A stretch of 64,000 nucleotides of DNA, taken from assembly GCA_015484595.1 (NCBI GenBank), contig WFMM01000152.1, positions 3,842 to 67,841 of the forward strand. Reading direction: 5' to 3'. The DNA is from Nitrospirota bacterium (GTDB lineage: Bacteria; Nitrospirota; Thermodesulfovibrionia; Thermodesulfovibrionales; JdFR-85). This document shows positions 1 to 10,985 of this stretch, one piece after another. The notes beneath the pieces were generated by a model, which did no database searches, was not told where the DNA came from, and saw only the letters and a list, made by a program, of their open reading frames with translations. Numbering within the stretch: position 1 is the first letter of the stretch; every line of letters begins with the position of its first letter. The translations under genes and the position numbers were made by a program.

Positions 1-1203
1 TCTGAGCCTTTCTGCAATCATGGCTGCATACTTGGAAGAGGTCTGTGGAAGAACTATAACGAACTCGTCACCTCCGTAACGGGCGACGATATCCACGGAG
101 CGTAATCTGCTAAGAAGAAGCTGGGCAATCTCTGTAAGGAGCTTGCTTCCCACCAGGTGTCCATGGGTGTCGTTTACATCCTTAAAGTGGTCAATGTCCA
201 TAAATATAAGAGACACATGGGTGTTGTAGCGGTTTGCCCTTTCAAGCTCAATGTCAAGTGTCCTGTTCAGGTAGCGAAGGTTAAACAGCTTTGTAAGGTC
301 ATCGGTAATTACAAGCTCCTCAAGCCTGAGCTGGAGCATCACCTTTTCCACAGCCACTGAGATGTGCCCAAGTATGTTGCCTAAAAGGAGTAGGTCGTCC
401 TTTGTAAAGTCTCCTTTTCTTTTGTTTATCAATTCAACGACAGCAACCACTGAGTTCCTTCCTTCAACAGGAAAAACCAGCATTGAGTTCGTCTTAAACA
501 CCCTGTGTATCTTCATCTCAGACCTTGCCCTTACATCTCCCACAAGGTCATCAATCACAAGGGGACGCTTCTTTATTGAAACCCAGCCAACCACACCATC
601 ACCAGGCTTTAGCCTCACATCCTTAAGCTCCTTTCTCTTTAAAGATGCACCTGTAAGGACAAATTCATCTGTCTCTATGTCTTTTATAAACACAGCCCAG
701 TTCTTTACATTAAACACTGTTTTTAGGCTCTTCATCATATCGTTAAACAGTGAGTCAAGGTCATCGTGTATCATCATCAGTTTGGTAAGTTCCCTCTGGA
801 TGTTTATCAGTCTGTTAAGCTCTCTGTTTTCCTCTTTAAGCCTGTTGTAATCATTAAGGACATTCCTCAGTAAAAGCACCCTTGAGACCACTGAACATAT
901 CTCTTCAGGAAATGAGATGTAGACAATCTCTACATTTTCACTTTCCTGAAGGTAGGCAGGAACCTTTTCTTTCTTCTCTGACAGTAAAACCAGAAGTGGA
1001 GGTTTTTTGAAGACCGATTGAATCTTTTTAAAAAGCCTTTTATTAAGGTCTTTTCTTTTAACTACGACCAGTGAAGGTGAGCGGTTGAAGGACTCTATTT
1101 CCAACTGGGTCAGGGCATTAACTCTGCCTGTCTTTAGGTTTGACAGGGCATCAAAAAGGGCATCGTCTTCTTTTTTCCCCGTTATATAAAGTATCTCAGG
1201 CAT
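1..1203 (-). CDS. GAF-GGDEF diguanylate cyclase with a degenerate receiver-like N-terminus; its C-terminal end runs off the left edge of the window
   Basis: The ORF track misses it because there is no stop codon inside the window. My minus-strand translation starts at the ATG at 1203-1201 ([14 protein letters not shown]...). Bases 1-200 read [60 protein letters not shown], which contains the GGDEF motif. The start overlaps the secA stop by 8 nt. Confidence 0.8.
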   Translation of the reverse strand, partial: MPEILYITGKKEDDALFDALSNLKTGRVNALTQLEIESFNRSPSLVVVKRKDLNKRLFKKIQSVFKKPPLLVLLSEKKEKVPAYLQESENVEIVYISFPEEICSVVSRVLLLRNVLNDYNRLKEENRELNRLINIQRELTKLMMIHDDLDSLFNDMMKSLKTVFNVKNWAVFIKDIETDEFVLTGASLKRKELKDVRLKPGDGVVGWVSIKKRPLVIDDLVGDVRARSEMKIHRVFKTNSMLVFPVEGRNSVVAVVELINKRKGDFTKDDLLLLGNILGHISVAVEKVMLQLRLEELVITDDLTKLFNLRYLNRTLDIELERANRYNTHVSLIFMDIDHFKDVNDTHGHLVGSKLLTEIAQLLLSRLRSVDIVARYGGDEFVIVLPQTSSKYAAMIAERLR

Positions 1204-3889
1204 TCATTCCACAACACTTCTTATACTTTTTCCCGCTTCCGCAGGGACAGGGCTCATTTCTGCCTATCTTCCTGCCTTTTTTAACAGGTTTTTTCGGGCC
1301 CTCCTGACCATTTCCCCGGTTAAAAACCAGCTTCTGCTCCTGTTTTCTTGATATCCTTTCAGCCTCCTCTTCTGACTGAACCTGTATCCTGAACAGACGG
1401 GTCAGGACCTCCTCTTTGATTCTTTCGGACATCTCGGTAAACATCTCGAAGGCTTCTTTTTTGTATTCCACAAGGGGGTCTTTCTGCCCGTAACCCCTCA
1501 AACCAATTCCCTCTTTCAGATGGTCCATAGCAAGAAGGTGATCCTTCCACTGGTTATCCACTACCTGAAGCATCACTATCCTCTCAAGGTAACGCATCAG
1601 GTCCTGACCTATCTCTTTTTCCTTCTCATCGTAAAAGTGGTTAAGCCTTTTTATTATCTCTTCCTTAAGTGCCTCCTGCCCCTTAAACTCATCAAGACCC
1701 TCTATCTTCAGACCAAAGATACCGTAAATGTTCTTTGAGAGTTCCTCAATTTCCCACTCTTCAGGGTGTCTGTCTTCAGGACAGTAATCATACACAAGGG
1801 CATCGACCACATCCTCTACCATCTCTAAGAGCCTGTCTTTCAGAGACTCGGTGGAGAGTATCTCTTTTCTGAAACGGTATATCTCTGTCCTCTGTTTGTT
1901 CATTACATCATCGTACTCAAGGAGGTGTTTTCTTATTTCAAAGTTGTGAGCCTCAACCCTTTTCTGGGCGTTCTCTATGGCCTTTGTCACCATTCTGTTT
2001 TCTATCGGTACATCCTCATCCATTCCAAGCTTGCCCATAAGACCTGATATCCTGTCAGAGCCGAATATCCTCATAAGGTCATCCTCAAGGGAGAGGTAAA
2101 ACCTTGAAGAACCAGGGTCACCCTGACGGCCTGAACGGCCTCGGAGCTGGTTGTCGATTCGCCTTGCCTCGTGTCTTTCGGTGCCGATTATATGAAGACC
2201 ACCTGCGGCCACTACCTTTTCCCTGTCACGCTCACATATCTCCCTGGCCTTTCTAAGGGCCTCGGCCTTTTCCTCCTCGGTTGGATCGTCCTTGCCCTTT
2301 AGGAACTCCTTTGCAAGCCCTTCAGGGTTACCACCAAGCACGATGTCCGTTCCTCTTCCAGCCATGTTTGTGGCAATGGTTACAGCTCCTGGACGGCCTG
2401 CCTGTGCAATAATCTCTGCTTCCTTTTCGTGATACTTTGCATTAAGAACAGAGTGTTTTATGCCCTTTTTCTTGAGCATCCTGCTAAGAAGCTCGGACTT
2501 TTCTATGGATATGGTTCCAACCAGAACAGGCTGCCCTCTTTTATGACACTCCTCTATTTCCTTTATAACTGCCTTGAACTTTGCCCTTTCGGTCTTGAAA
2601 ATCATATCAGGATGGTCAACCCTGATCATTGGCTTGTTGGTGGGGATGACCACCACATCGAGGTTGTAAATCTTGGCAAACTCCTCAGCCTCAGTGTCAG
2701 CAGTACCGGTCATGCCTGCGAGCTTTTTGTACATCCTGAAGTAGTTCTGAAATGTGATGGTTGCGAGGGTCTGGTTTTCACTTTCAATCCTTACTCCCTC
2801 TTTTGCCTCGATAGCCTGATGGAGCCCGTCAGACCAGCGCCTTCCGGGCATCAGTCTGCCAGTGAATTCATCCACTATCACGATCTTTCCGTCCTTAACT
2901 ACATAGTCCACATCCCTTTTAAACAGATGGTGAGCCTTGAGCCCCTGTAGCACATGATGAACAAGGTCAATGTGGGCGGGATCAAAGAGGTTTTCCACGC
3001 CAAGGAGCTTTTCTGCCTTTATGGCTCCCTCTTCTGTCAGGATTACGGTCCTTGCCTTTTCATCAATAGTAAAGTCCACATCCTTTTGTAGCTTTGGGAT
3101 GATCTTGTCTATCTTGTAGTATTTTCCAACCGACTCCTCGGAAGGCCCGGAGATAATAAGCGGCGTTCGTGCCTCGTCTATCAGGATGCTGTCCACCTCG
3201 TCCACAATGGCATAATTTAGTTCACGCTGGCAGTAGTCGTTTATGTCGTACTTCATGTTGTCTCTCAGGTAATCAAAGCCAAACTCGTTGTTCGTTCCAT
3301 AGGTGATGTCAGCCTGGTATGCCTCTTTTCTGCTACAGGGTCTCAGATGATTGTAGCGCGGGTCGTCAGCCCTGTATTCAGGGTCAAAAAGAAAGGATTC
3401 TTCATGCTGAATCACTCCAACCGAAAGCCCGAGGTGATGATAAATAGGCCCCATCCACTGGGCATCCCTCTTTGCAAGGTAATCGTTGACGGTTACCACA
3501 TGAACACCCTTCCCCTCAAGGGCATTGAGATAGACAGGAAGGGTTGCAACAAGGGTCTTACCTTCACCTGTCTTCATCTCAGCTATCTTTCCCTCGTGAA
3601 GCACTATGCCACCGATGAGCTGAACATCAAAGTGCCTCATGCCAAGGACACGCCTTGATGTCTCTCTTACAACGGCAAAGGCCTCGACGAGGAGGTCGTC
3701 AAGGGTCTCGCCTTTTTCAAGCCGCTCTTTGAACTGCAAGGTCTTTTTAGAAAGCTCCTCGTCAGAAAGCCTTGATATCTCAGGCTCAAGCTCGTTTATC
3801 CTGTGCACTATTGGCCAGAGCCTTTTCAGTTCTCGCTCGTTCTTTGTGCCAAAAACCTTCTTTATAATGGAAATCATCTCTAAGTCCAC
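1196..3889 (-). CDS. secA: Preprotein translocase ATPase SecA
   Basis: 897 aa. It has the DEAD-like motor motifs ([28 protein letters not shown]) and the C-terminal zinc finger [14 protein letters not shown]. Confidence 0.97.
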   Translation of the reverse strand: MDLEMISIIKKVFGTKNERELKRLWPIVHRINELEPEISRLSDEELSKKTLQFKERLEKGETLDDLLVEAFAVVRETSRRVLGMRHFDVQLIGGIVLHEGKIAEMKTGEGKTLVATLPVYLNALEGKGVHVVTVNDYLAKRDAQWMGPIYHHLGLSVGVIQHEESFLFDPEYRADDPRYNHLRPCSRKEAYQADITYGTNNEFGFDYLRDNMKYDINDYCQRELNYAIVDEVDSILIDEARTPLIISGPSEESVGKYYKIDKIIPKLQKDVDFTIDEKARTVILTEEGAIKAEKLLGVENLFDPAHIDLVHHVLQGLKAHHLFKRDVDYVVKDGKIVIVDEFTGRLMPGRRWSDGLHQAIEAKEGVRIESENQTLATITFQNYFRMYKKLAGMTGTADTEAEEFAKIYNLDVVVIPTNKPMIRVDHPDMIFKTERAKFKAVIKEIEECHKRGQPVLVGTISIEKSELLSRMLKKKGIKHSVLNAKYHEKEAEIIAQAGRPGAVTIATNMAGRGTDIVLGGNPEGLAKEFLKGKDDPTEEEKAEALRKAREICERDREKVVAAGGLHIIGTERHEARRIDNQLRGRSGRQGDPGSSRFYLSLEDDLMRIFGSDRISGLMGKLGMDEDVPIENRMVTKAIENAQKRVEAHNFEIRKHLLEYDDVMNKQRTEIYRFRKEILSTESLKDRLLEMVEDVVDALVYDYCPEDRHPEEWEIEELSKNIYGIFGLKIEGLDEFKGQEALKEEIIKRLNHFYDEKEKEIGQDLMRYLERIVMLQVVDNQWKDHLLAMDHLKEGIGLRGYGQKDPLVEYKKEAFEMFTEMSERIKEEVLTRLFRIQVQSEEEAERISRKQEQKLVFNRGNGQEGPKKPVKKGRKIGRNEPCPCGSGKKYKKCCGMNA

Positions 3890-4045
3890 TCTCCTTTAGT
3901 AATTTTTGTCTAAGATCTCCTCGGGTATGCCCCGATAATCCTAAGGGTTGAGCTGTTATTACCTGTCAGGTTTGTACAAGGTCACAATACACTCGCTCTC
4001 CATTTAATCATATATAAACAGAGAGGGTTAATGCAAGGATTGGGG

Positions 4046-5674
4046 TCACAAAATCGCCTGATATTGTTGCCAGAGATACTCCCTGTTTACGCCTGCATCT
4101 ATAAAATCCCAGGGCAGGGTCTCGTCCTTTTTTCTATCTCTGAAAAGGTAAAACTCCGGAGCAAGCCCCTGCTCTTTCATCACACTTTTCCATGAAGCTG
4201 CGTTTTTGCATACTGCAAGAAACTTAGAAAGCCTCCTGTCACCCCTTGCCAGTACTCCCTGAAGATAGGCATACTTTGGTACATCATGTAGCAGGGTTAC
4301 GCCATCCATCGTCTTTACACCGTCCTTGAGTAGTTTCAGTCTCTTTTTAACAGTTTCTTCCTCAGCCATCCTGATCCACTGAAAGGGGGTAAAGGGCTTT
4401 GGCACAAAGGTACTCACACTCAGGGTAATCCTTCCTTTCCTGGAGATTCTCCTTATCTTTTCTGTCAGTCTCAGGATGTCCATTACATCCTCATCGGTCT
4501 CAGTGGGAAGACCTATCATAAAGTAAAGTCTGAGGTTTTTGATATCCTCGGAAAATACCCTCTCTGCAACACCAAGAATGTCATCATCCTTTATTTTCTT
4601 GTTTATCAGGTCTCTTAACCTCTGGTTGCCTGTCTCCGGGGCAAGGGAGATACTCCTTTTCCCTTTAAAAAGGCATACAAGCTCTTCGGTATTCCTGTTA
4701 GCCCTGAGTGAGGTGATAGAGAAGTTTACGCCATCAATCGAAAGTGCCTCCTTTATGTGTTTATAATCCGAAAGAGAGGGCCCAATAAGCCCAACCCTTA
4801 CGCCTATTTTTTTTGCATACTCTATCTGTTTTTTTAAGTCATCCATGCCCCTGCTTCTTGGAGGATTGTATATGTGTCCTGCAAGACAGAACCTGCAACT
4901 GTGCACACAACCCCTCATGGCTTCAATTAGTAACATATCTGAAAACTCTGTCTCTGGGGTGAAGACGGTCTGTTTTACTGCCTGTTCAATAGATTTAAGG
5001 GTTACCTTCTTAATAACCAGGGGGGCATCGTTTAGTGGAATCCTCTCCTTTATGGTTCCGTCTTCTTTGTAAATAACACGGTATCTCGAAGGGACATAAA
5101 AACCCTCTACCTTTGATATCTCATCAAGAAAGTCCTCTCTGCTTTTTGCATTCTTAAAAACATCTACCATGGAAAGCAGTGCTGGCTCAGCCTCTCCAAT
5201 GTAATGGAGGTCAAATACATCTGCGAGAGGCTCGGGATTTGCCGTGGCACAGACACCTCCAAGCAGTAACAGAGGATACCTCTGGTCTCGCTCATTTGAA
5301 AAAAAGGGTATCCCTGAAAGCTCAAGGATTAAAGGGATGCTTAGATAGTCGTTTTCAAAGGAGACGGAAAAGGCAACTACATCAAACCGATTCAGTGGTC
5401 TCTTTGACTCTAAAGAAAAAAGGGGTGAGCCTGTTCTTTTGTGCTCCCTGAGTTCCTGAGCTTCAGGCAAAAAGGCCCTTTCACAGACCACATCGGCTCT
5501 CTGATTTAGAAGGCCATAAACTCCAAGAAAGCCAAGGTTGGACATTCCCACATGGTAGGTATTGGGGTAAACCAGACAGATACTAAGCCTTCCACCGGGG
5601 TCTTTATAAACTGTGCCTCTTTCTCTTTTCAGTAACTCCTCTGCCTTCTGTATAAGCCTCCTGCTTATCATCAC
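4046..5674 (-). CDS. Radical SAM protein, TIGR03960-like uncharacterised family
   Basis: The CX3CX2C motif is present (RGCVHSCRFCLAG). The N-terminus, ICLVYPNTYHVGMSNLGFLGVYGLLN...ERAF, is typical of this family. Confidence 0.75.
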   Translation of the reverse strand: MMISRRLIQKAEELLKRERGTVYKDPGGRLSICLVYPNTYHVGMSNLGFLGVYGLLNQRADVVCERAFLPEAQELREHKRTGSPLFSLESKRPLNRFDVVAFSVSFENDYLSIPLILELSGIPFFSNERDQRYPLLLLGGVCATANPEPLADVFDLHYIGEAEPALLSMVDVFKNAKSREDFLDEISKVEGFYVPSRYRVIYKEDGTIKERIPLNDAPLVIKKVTLKSIEQAVKQTVFTPETEFSDMLLIEAMRGCVHSCRFCLAGHIYNPPRSRGMDDLKKQIEYAKKIGVRVGLIGPSLSDYKHIKEALSIDGVNFSITSLRANRNTEELVCLFKGKRSISLAPETGNQRLRDLINKKIKDDDILGVAERVFSEDIKNLRLYFMIGLPTETDEDVMDILRLTEKIRRISRKGRITLSVSTFVPKPFTPFQWIRMAEEETVKKRLKLLKDGVKTMDGVTLLHDVPKYAYLQGVLARGDRRLSKFLAVCKNAASWKSVMKEQGLAPEFYLFRDRKKDETLPWDFIDAGVNREYLWQQYQAIL

Positions 5675-5736
5675 TTAGTTGACCTGACCGAAAACACTAC
5701 CGTATTTATAGGTCAGGTGTAGTGGCTCGTTAGAAA

Positions 5737-5913
5737 TTAATCTTTTAATTTTTTTAGGATGTGTTTTGCAAGATTTTCATTAATTTCTTTGTGTCTTGGA
5801 ACAGGCTGACAGACCTTGGTCCTTGGATTCTGGTACCAATCGTGTCTGCCTCCATGCCTTATAAATACACAACCCATCTCCTCGAGTTTCTTTATTAATT
5901 CCCTCCGCTTCAC
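5737..5913 (-). CDS. hicA: HicA-family mRNA interferase toxin (58 aa, GTG start)
   Basis: It is shorter than 60 aa and so is absent from the track. My translation reads V/MKRRELIKKLEEMGCVFIRHGGRHDWYQNPRTKVCQPVPRHKEINENLAKHILKKLKD. The GTG start overlaps the hicB TGA stop (GCGTGA). Confidence 0.8.
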   Translation of the reverse strand: MKRRELIKKLEEMGCVFIRHGGRHDWYQNPRTKVCQPVPRHKEINENLAKHILKKLKD

Positions 5914-6113
5914 GCAACCTCAAGCTCTGCTATCCTTCTTACTGATGGTATCTTACCACTGGAGAGGTCTTTATAAAGGTCTCTCAAATTTTCTTTCAGC
6001 TCTTCCAGGGACTCTCCCTGAGTCATATAATCAGGATATTCTTCTAAATAACCAAGCCACCACTTTCCATCTTGCCAATATACAAATCTAACTTTTTCCA
6101 TTACTATCTCCAA
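5910..6113 (-). CDS. hicB: HicB-like antitoxin (short UPF0150-type)
   Basis: 67 aa. The sequence VRFVYWQDGKWWLGYLEEYPDYMTQGESLEELKENL matches the HicB N-terminal fold pattern, and the gene is translationally coupled to hicA. Confidence 0.75.
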   Translation of the reverse strand: MEIVMEKVRFVYWQDGKWWLGYLEEYPDYMTQGESLEELKENLRDLYKDLSSGKIPSVRRIAELEVA

Positions 6114-6233
6114 GTATTGCTTTCTAACTTTGATTTTATTACAGGTATTAAAATAAATGCAACCGATTCACTACACCCCTGCTCCCTCTCTTTATTTTAA
6201 TTCCCCCCTTAAATTGTGATATAGTAAATAACT

Positions 6234-7193
6234 ATGAAGAAACCAGGACCTGTATCACTCAGGAAACTCAAGCGTTACAGCCTCAGGGAACGAACAAGCA
6301 AGGTAAGGGCTGAATGCCTTGGCAGACCTGTCCCGAAGGGGGCAACCCTTTCTGAGTTTGTCAACTCCCTGCCCGATGTGCTGGCGGCAAAGGATATTAA
6401 AGAGGTAGCCAGGGCAGTGGTTGATGCAAAACACAAAAGAAGACCTGTGGTGCTTGCAATGGGTGCACATCCGATAAAGGTGGGGCTTTCGCCTATCATA
6501 ATAGACCTTATGGAGCAGGGCTACATCACTGCAGTGGCAACCAATGGTGCAGCTATTGTTCATGACTTTGAGATTGCCTTTGCAGGGCATACATCAGAGG
6601 ATGTGGCCTCCAGTCTAACGGATGGCTCCTTTGGAATGGCAAAGGAGACAGGCTCAATGCTAAACAGGGCAATAAAGAAGGCATCCCGTGAAGGAAAGGG
6701 TATCGGCCTTGCTGTGGGTGAGTTGATAGAAAGGGGAAAAAACTTTCCCAATCGCCATCTAAGCCTCTTTGGAAATGCCTTCAGACTTGGAATACCTGCC
6801 ACCGTGCATGTTGCCATTGGCACAGACATTATCCACATGCATCCTGAGTGTGATGGCTCGGCAGTGGGAGATGCAAGCTACAGGGACTTCAGGATACTTA
6901 CATCGGTGGTGTCTGAACTTGAAGGCGGGGTCTTTATCAACCTCGGTTCAGCAGTATTAATCCCTGAGGTGTTCCTTAAGGCCCTGACCATTGCAAGGAA
7001 TCTTGGCCACAAGGTGCAGAGCTTTACTACGGTAACCATGGATTTTATGAAACACTACCGCTCAACGGTAAATGTGGTTCAGAGACCAACCATGACGGGT
7101 GGAAAGGGTTATTATCTGATAGGTCATCATGAGATTATGTTTCCACTGCTTGCTGCAATGGTTAAGATAGAAGACGGACACAGGGAGGTCTGA
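6234..7193 (+). CDS. Conserved hypothetical protein, deoxyhypusine-synthase-like (DHS-like NAD-binding fold) by pattern only
   Basis: 319 aa. The segment ITAVATNGAAIVHDFEIA...HVAIGTDIIHMHP resembles the DHS family core. Its stop overlaps the argD start (ATGA at 7193). Confidence 0.4.
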   Translation: MKKPGPVSLRKLKRYSLRERTSKVRAECLGRPVPKGATLSEFVNSLPDVLAAKDIKEVARAVVDAKHKRRPVVLAMGAHPIKVGLSPIIIDLMEQGYITAVATNGAAIVHDFEIAFAGHTSEDVASSLTDGSFGMAKETGSMLNRAIKKASREGKGIGLAVGELIERGKNFPNRHLSLFGNAFRLGIPATVHVAIGTDIIHMHPECDGSAVGDASYRDFRILTSVVSELEGGVFINLGSAVLIPEVFLKALTIARNLGHKVQSFTTVTMDFMKHYRSTVNVVQRPTMTGGKGYYLIGHHEIMFPLLAAMVKIEDGHREV

Positions 7194-8386
7194 TGAAACG
7201 GATACTTGAAGAGTCTGACAGACTCATAATGAACACCTACAACAGGTTCCCTGTGGTATTTGTAAAGGGCAGGGGAACCAGCCTTTATACAGATGACGGA
7301 AAGGAGTTTCTTGATTTTGTGGCTGGCATAGCAGTAAATGTCCTCGGTCACTGTCACCCAAGGGTGGTTGTTGCCATCCAGAAGCAGGCACAGCGTCTGA
7401 TTCACATATCGAACCTCTATCACATAGAGCCTCAGATAAAGCTTGCAAGGATGCTCGTTCAGCACTCCTTCGCTGACAGGGTCTTTTTCTGTAACTCCGG
7501 GGCAGAGGCAGTGGAGGCAGCCATTAAACTTGCAAGGAAGTACGCAAAGGAGCACTACGACGAAAACCGCTACGAGATAATCACTGCTCAGAACTCATTT
7601 CACGGCAGAACCTTCGGGGCAGTAACTGCCACAGGACAGGAGAGGTTTCACAGGGGTTTTGAGCCTCTGGTGCCTGGCTTTAGATATGTGCCCTTTGACG
7701 ACATATCTGCATTAAAAGAAGCAATAAACGAAAGGACCTGTGCCGTGCTTCTTGAGCCCATTCAGGGTGAAGGCGGTGTTAGGGTTCCATCGGAGGATTA
7801 TCTGAAAGAGGTACGGGAACTTTGTGACCACAACGGCATACTTCTGATACTTGATGAGGTACAGACAGGCATAGGAAGGACAGGTCGCCTCTTTGCATAC
7901 GAGCACTTTGGAATAAAGCCTGACATTATGACCCTTGCAAAGGCACTTGGTGGTGGCGTACCCATAGGTGCAATGCTTGCCACTGAAAGGGTTGCCAGGT
8001 CTTTCACACCTGGAAGTCACGCATCTACCTTCGGAGGAAACCCCCTTGCCACAAGGGCAGCACTTGCCACACTGGAGACAGTGCTTGAAGATGGAATACT
8101 GATAAAGGAATGCCAGAGGCTCGGTGCATACTTTATGGAGAGGCTCACAGAGTTAAAAAAACTGTACCCCGAACTGGTCGTTGACATAAGGGGTAAAGGG
8201 CTGATGATTGGCATGGAGCTTTCTGTGCCCTGTGCACAGGTCGTAAAGGAGTGTTTTGAGCAGGGCATACTCATAAACTGCACAGCCGAAAGGGTGCTCA
8301 GGTTTACACCACCCCTGATTGTAACAGAGGAAGAGATAGACAGGGTGGTAAAGACACTTGATGAAATCTTAGGGAGGCTATCATGA
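7193..8386 (+). CDS. argD: Acetylornithine aminotransferase (class III PLP aminotransferase)
   Basis: 397 aa. It shows the class III aminotransferase pattern (NSGAEAVEAAIKLARKY, LILDEVQTGIGRTG, TFGGNPLA) and overlaps argF by 4 nt. Confidence 0.9.
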   Translation: MKRILEESDRLIMNTYNRFPVVFVKGRGTSLYTDDGKEFLDFVAGIAVNVLGHCHPRVVVAIQKQAQRLIHISNLYHIEPQIKLARMLVQHSFADRVFFCNSGAEAVEAAIKLARKYAKEHYDENRYEIITAQNSFHGRTFGAVTATGQERFHRGFEPLVPGFRYVPFDDISALKEAINERTCAVLLEPIQGEGGVRVPSEDYLKEVRELCDHNGILLILDEVQTGIGRTGRLFAYEHFGIKPDIMTLAKALGGGVPIGAMLATERVARSFTPGSHASTFGGNPLATRAALATLETVLEDGILIKECQRLGAYFMERLTELKKLYPELVVDIRGKGLMIGMELSVPCAQVVKECFEQGILINCTAERVLRFTPPLIVTEEEIDRVVKTLDEILGRLS

Positions 8387-9285
8387 AAAGGGACTTTTTA
8401 AGACTTTGGGATCTGTCAGAGGAGGAGATACTGTCCCTTGTTAAAAGGGCTATTGAGCTTAAAGGGGGTGCAGATAAAGGTAAATGCCCGCTTATTGGCA
8501 AAAGCATAGGTCTTATATTTGAAAAACCATCCACTCGAACGAGGGTCTCCTTTGAGGTGGGAATCTACCAGTTAGGAGCCCAGAGCATCTACATGAGACC
8601 TGAGGAGATACAGCTTGGAAGAGGTGAAACCATAGAAGATACGGCAAGGGTTCTTTCAAGATACCTCGATGCGGTCATGATAAGGACCTCGGGGCACGAC
8701 AGGCTTGTCAGGTTTGCTGAAGCAGCCTCTATACCCGTGATTAACGGGCTTAGCGACCTGCACCATCCCTGTCAGGCACTGGCTGATGTAATGACCATCT
8801 TTGAGAAAAAGGGTGACCTTCAGGGCGTCAAGGTGGCCTACATCGGAGATGGAAACAATGTGGCAAACTCCCTTGTAGAGGCATCTGGAAGGCTCGGTTT
8901 TACCCTCACCATGGCAACACCCGAAGGATACGAGCCAGATGCCGAGGTGCTTGAAACAGCAAGAAGCGGCAAAGGTGACATTATCCTTCTTCGCAATCCC
9001 AAAGAGGCAGCAGGTATGGCAGATGTGATATACACGGATGTATGGGTCAGCATGGGTGAGGAGGCCCAGGCAGAGAAGAAGAAAAAACGGTTTGAGGGCT
9101 ATCAGATAAACTCCTCCTTGCTTTCCTGTGCAAAGCCTGATGTAGTGGTTATGCACTGTCTTCCTGCACACAGAGGACAGGAGATAACCGACGAGGTAAT
9201 GGACGGCCCAAACAGCGTGGTCTATGACCAGGCTGAGAATCGTCTCCATGCACAGAAGGCACTGCTTGAGATGCTGCTTGCCTGA
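8383..9285 (+). CDS. argF: Ornithine carbamoyltransferase
   Basis: The STRTR, HPCQ, DVWVSMG and HCLP motifs are all present. Confidence 0.92.
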   Translation: MKRDFLRLWDLSEEEILSLVKRAIELKGGADKGKCPLIGKSIGLIFEKPSTRTRVSFEVGIYQLGAQSIYMRPEEIQLGRGETIEDTARVLSRYLDAVMIRTSGHDRLVRFAEAASIPVINGLSDLHHPCQALADVMTIFEKKGDLQGVKVAYIGDGNNVANSLVEASGRLGFTLTMATPEGYEPDAEVLETARSGKGDIILLRNPKEAAGMADVIYTDVWVSMGEEAQAEKKKKRFEGYQINSSLLSCAKPDVVVMHCLPAHRGQEITDEVMDGPNSVVYDQAENRLHAQKALLEMLLA

Positions 9286-9304
9286 CAGCACACTGCATAC
9301 TTAA

Positions 9305-10954
9305 ATGAAACCACCGCTTAATATAATCCCCCTTGGTGGGGTTGAGGAGATAGGGCTTAACTGCACTGTATTTTACTGTGGCGACGACATACTGGTGGTT
9401 GACGCAGGGCTTATGTTTCCTGAAGACGACATGCCAGGGGTGGACATCGTGGTGCCTGACTTCAGTTACCTTATCGAAAACAAAGACCGCATCAGGGCAC
9501 TTATTCTCACCCACGGACACGAAGACCACACTGGGGCTGTGCCCTTTCTTTTAGAGGAGCTCCAGAGGGAGATTCCCATTTACGGAACCGCCCTTACGCT
9601 TGGGCTTTTAAGGGAGAAGCTCTCTGAGCATTCCCTGAAGGCAGAACTCATTACCGTTAGACCAAGAGACAGAGTAAGTATTGGTTGCTTTGAGGTTGAA
9701 TTCATCAGGGTAACCCACAGCATCGTGGATGGGGTGGGGCTTGCAATAGGCACTCCCCAGGGCTATGTAGTCCACACTGGGGATTTTAAGTTAGACCCCA
9801 CGCCTGTGGATGGTGAGTTACTTGACTTCAACAGGTTTTCACACTATGGAGACAGTGGCACCCTGCTTCTTCTTTCAGACAGCACAAATGCAGAAAAGGG
9901 AGGCTTTACCTATTCAGAAAAGGAGGTAAGAAGGGCACTGGAGGAGATATTTAGTCGTGCAGAGGGAAGGATAATCATTGCCACCTTTGCCTCAAACATC
10001 CACCGAATCCAGCAGATCGTGGATGTAAGCCTTCAGCACGGAAGAAAGATATCCCTCTGTGGTAAGAGCCTGGTCTCAAATGCAAAGATCGCCCTTGAAC
10101 TTGGCTATCTGAGGATGCCAGAGGGTACATGGCTAAGACTACAGGACATAATGTCCCTGCCTGACGAACAGGTCGTTCTTATTACCACAGGGAGCCAGGG
10201 AGAGCCCATGAGCGTGCTTTCAAGGATTGCAATGGATGAGCACAAGGAGATAAAGATAAAACCCAGTGACACGGTGGTGCTTTCCGCAAAGATGATACCA
10301 GGCAACGAAAGGGCGATTGGAAGGATTATAAATCACCTCTTCAAAAGGGGAGCCAGTGTGATATACGAGAAGGTCTCAGAGGTGCATGTATCAGGACATG
10401 CATCAAAGGAGGAGCTAAAGCTGATGATGAATCTCATCCGTCCGCGCTACTTCGTGCCTGTTCACGGTGAGTACAGGCATCTCAGTTACCATGCCATGCT
10501 TGCAAGGAAACAGGGCATTCCACAGGAAAACATCTTTATCCTTCAAAACGGCGATGTGCTTACCATTAACGAAGAGGGAGCATCTGTTACTGGTCAGGTT
10601 CATGCTGGCAGGGTGTTTATCGATGGAAAGGGTGGAATAGAGGACATGGTGCTTCGTGACAGACGCAGACTTGCACACGATGGAATAGTGCTTGTAATCA
10701 TGGGTATGGAGAAGCCAGGCAAGATAGCCATAGGGCCTGATGTAGTATCAAAGGGGTTTGTGCTTGAGGAAAGCTCGCCGGATGTTATCAACGAGATAAA
10801 AGGGGTAATACTTGAACAACTGAAGGCATTGGACAAAGAGGTTCTGGAAGACAGCACCCTCTTAAAGGCCCGCCTGAGAAATAACATAAAAAAATTCATC
10901 CAGAAACGCATGAACAGACGCCCCATGATTGTGCCGATTATATTTGAAATTTAA
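9305..10954 (+). CDS. rnj: Ribonuclease J
   Basis: 549 aa. It has the metallo-beta-lactamase HGHEDH motif plus the beta-CASP layout and a C-terminal domain. Confidence 0.92.
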   Translation: MKPPLNIIPLGGVEEIGLNCTVFYCGDDILVVDAGLMFPEDDMPGVDIVVPDFSYLIENKDRIRALILTHGHEDHTGAVPFLLEELQREIPIYGTALTLGLLREKLSEHSLKAELITVRPRDRVSIGCFEVEFIRVTHSIVDGVGLAIGTPQGYVVHTGDFKLDPTPVDGELLDFNRFSHYGDSGTLLLLSDSTNAEKGGFTYSEKEVRRALEEIFSRAEGRIIIATFASNIHRIQQIVDVSLQHGRKISLCGKSLVSNAKIALELGYLRMPEGTWLRLQDIMSLPDEQVVLITTGSQGEPMSVLSRIAMDEHKEIKIKPSDTVVLSAKMIPGNERAIGRIINHLFKRGASVIYEKVSEVHVSGHASKEELKLMMNLIRPRYFVPVHGEYRHLSYHAMLARKQGIPQENIFILQNGDVLTINEEGASVTGQVHAGRVFIDGKGGIEDMVLRDRRRLAHDGIVLVIMGMEKPGKIAIGPDVVSKGFVLEESSPDVINEIKGVILEQLKALDKEVLEDSTLLKARLRNNIKKFIQKRMNRRPMIVPIIFEI

Positions 10955-10985
10955 GGGCTGATATTTTAAAATTAATGAAACTTCT

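Noticed and set aside
157-850. Two + strand ORFs (67 and 162 aa) listed in the track
   Set aside because: Their translations are low-complexity (S/L/F-rich). They lie antisense to a fully open minus-strand frame that encodes a recognisable GAF-GGDEF protein.
8656-9291. Long antisense ORFs inside well-supported genes (8656-9291, 11088-11801, 38507-39025, 36188-36610, 48476-48946)
   Set aside because: Each lies opposite a gene with clear family motifs. Their translations are compositionally odd (Cys/His/Leu-rich or Ser-rich) and lack start-site signals.
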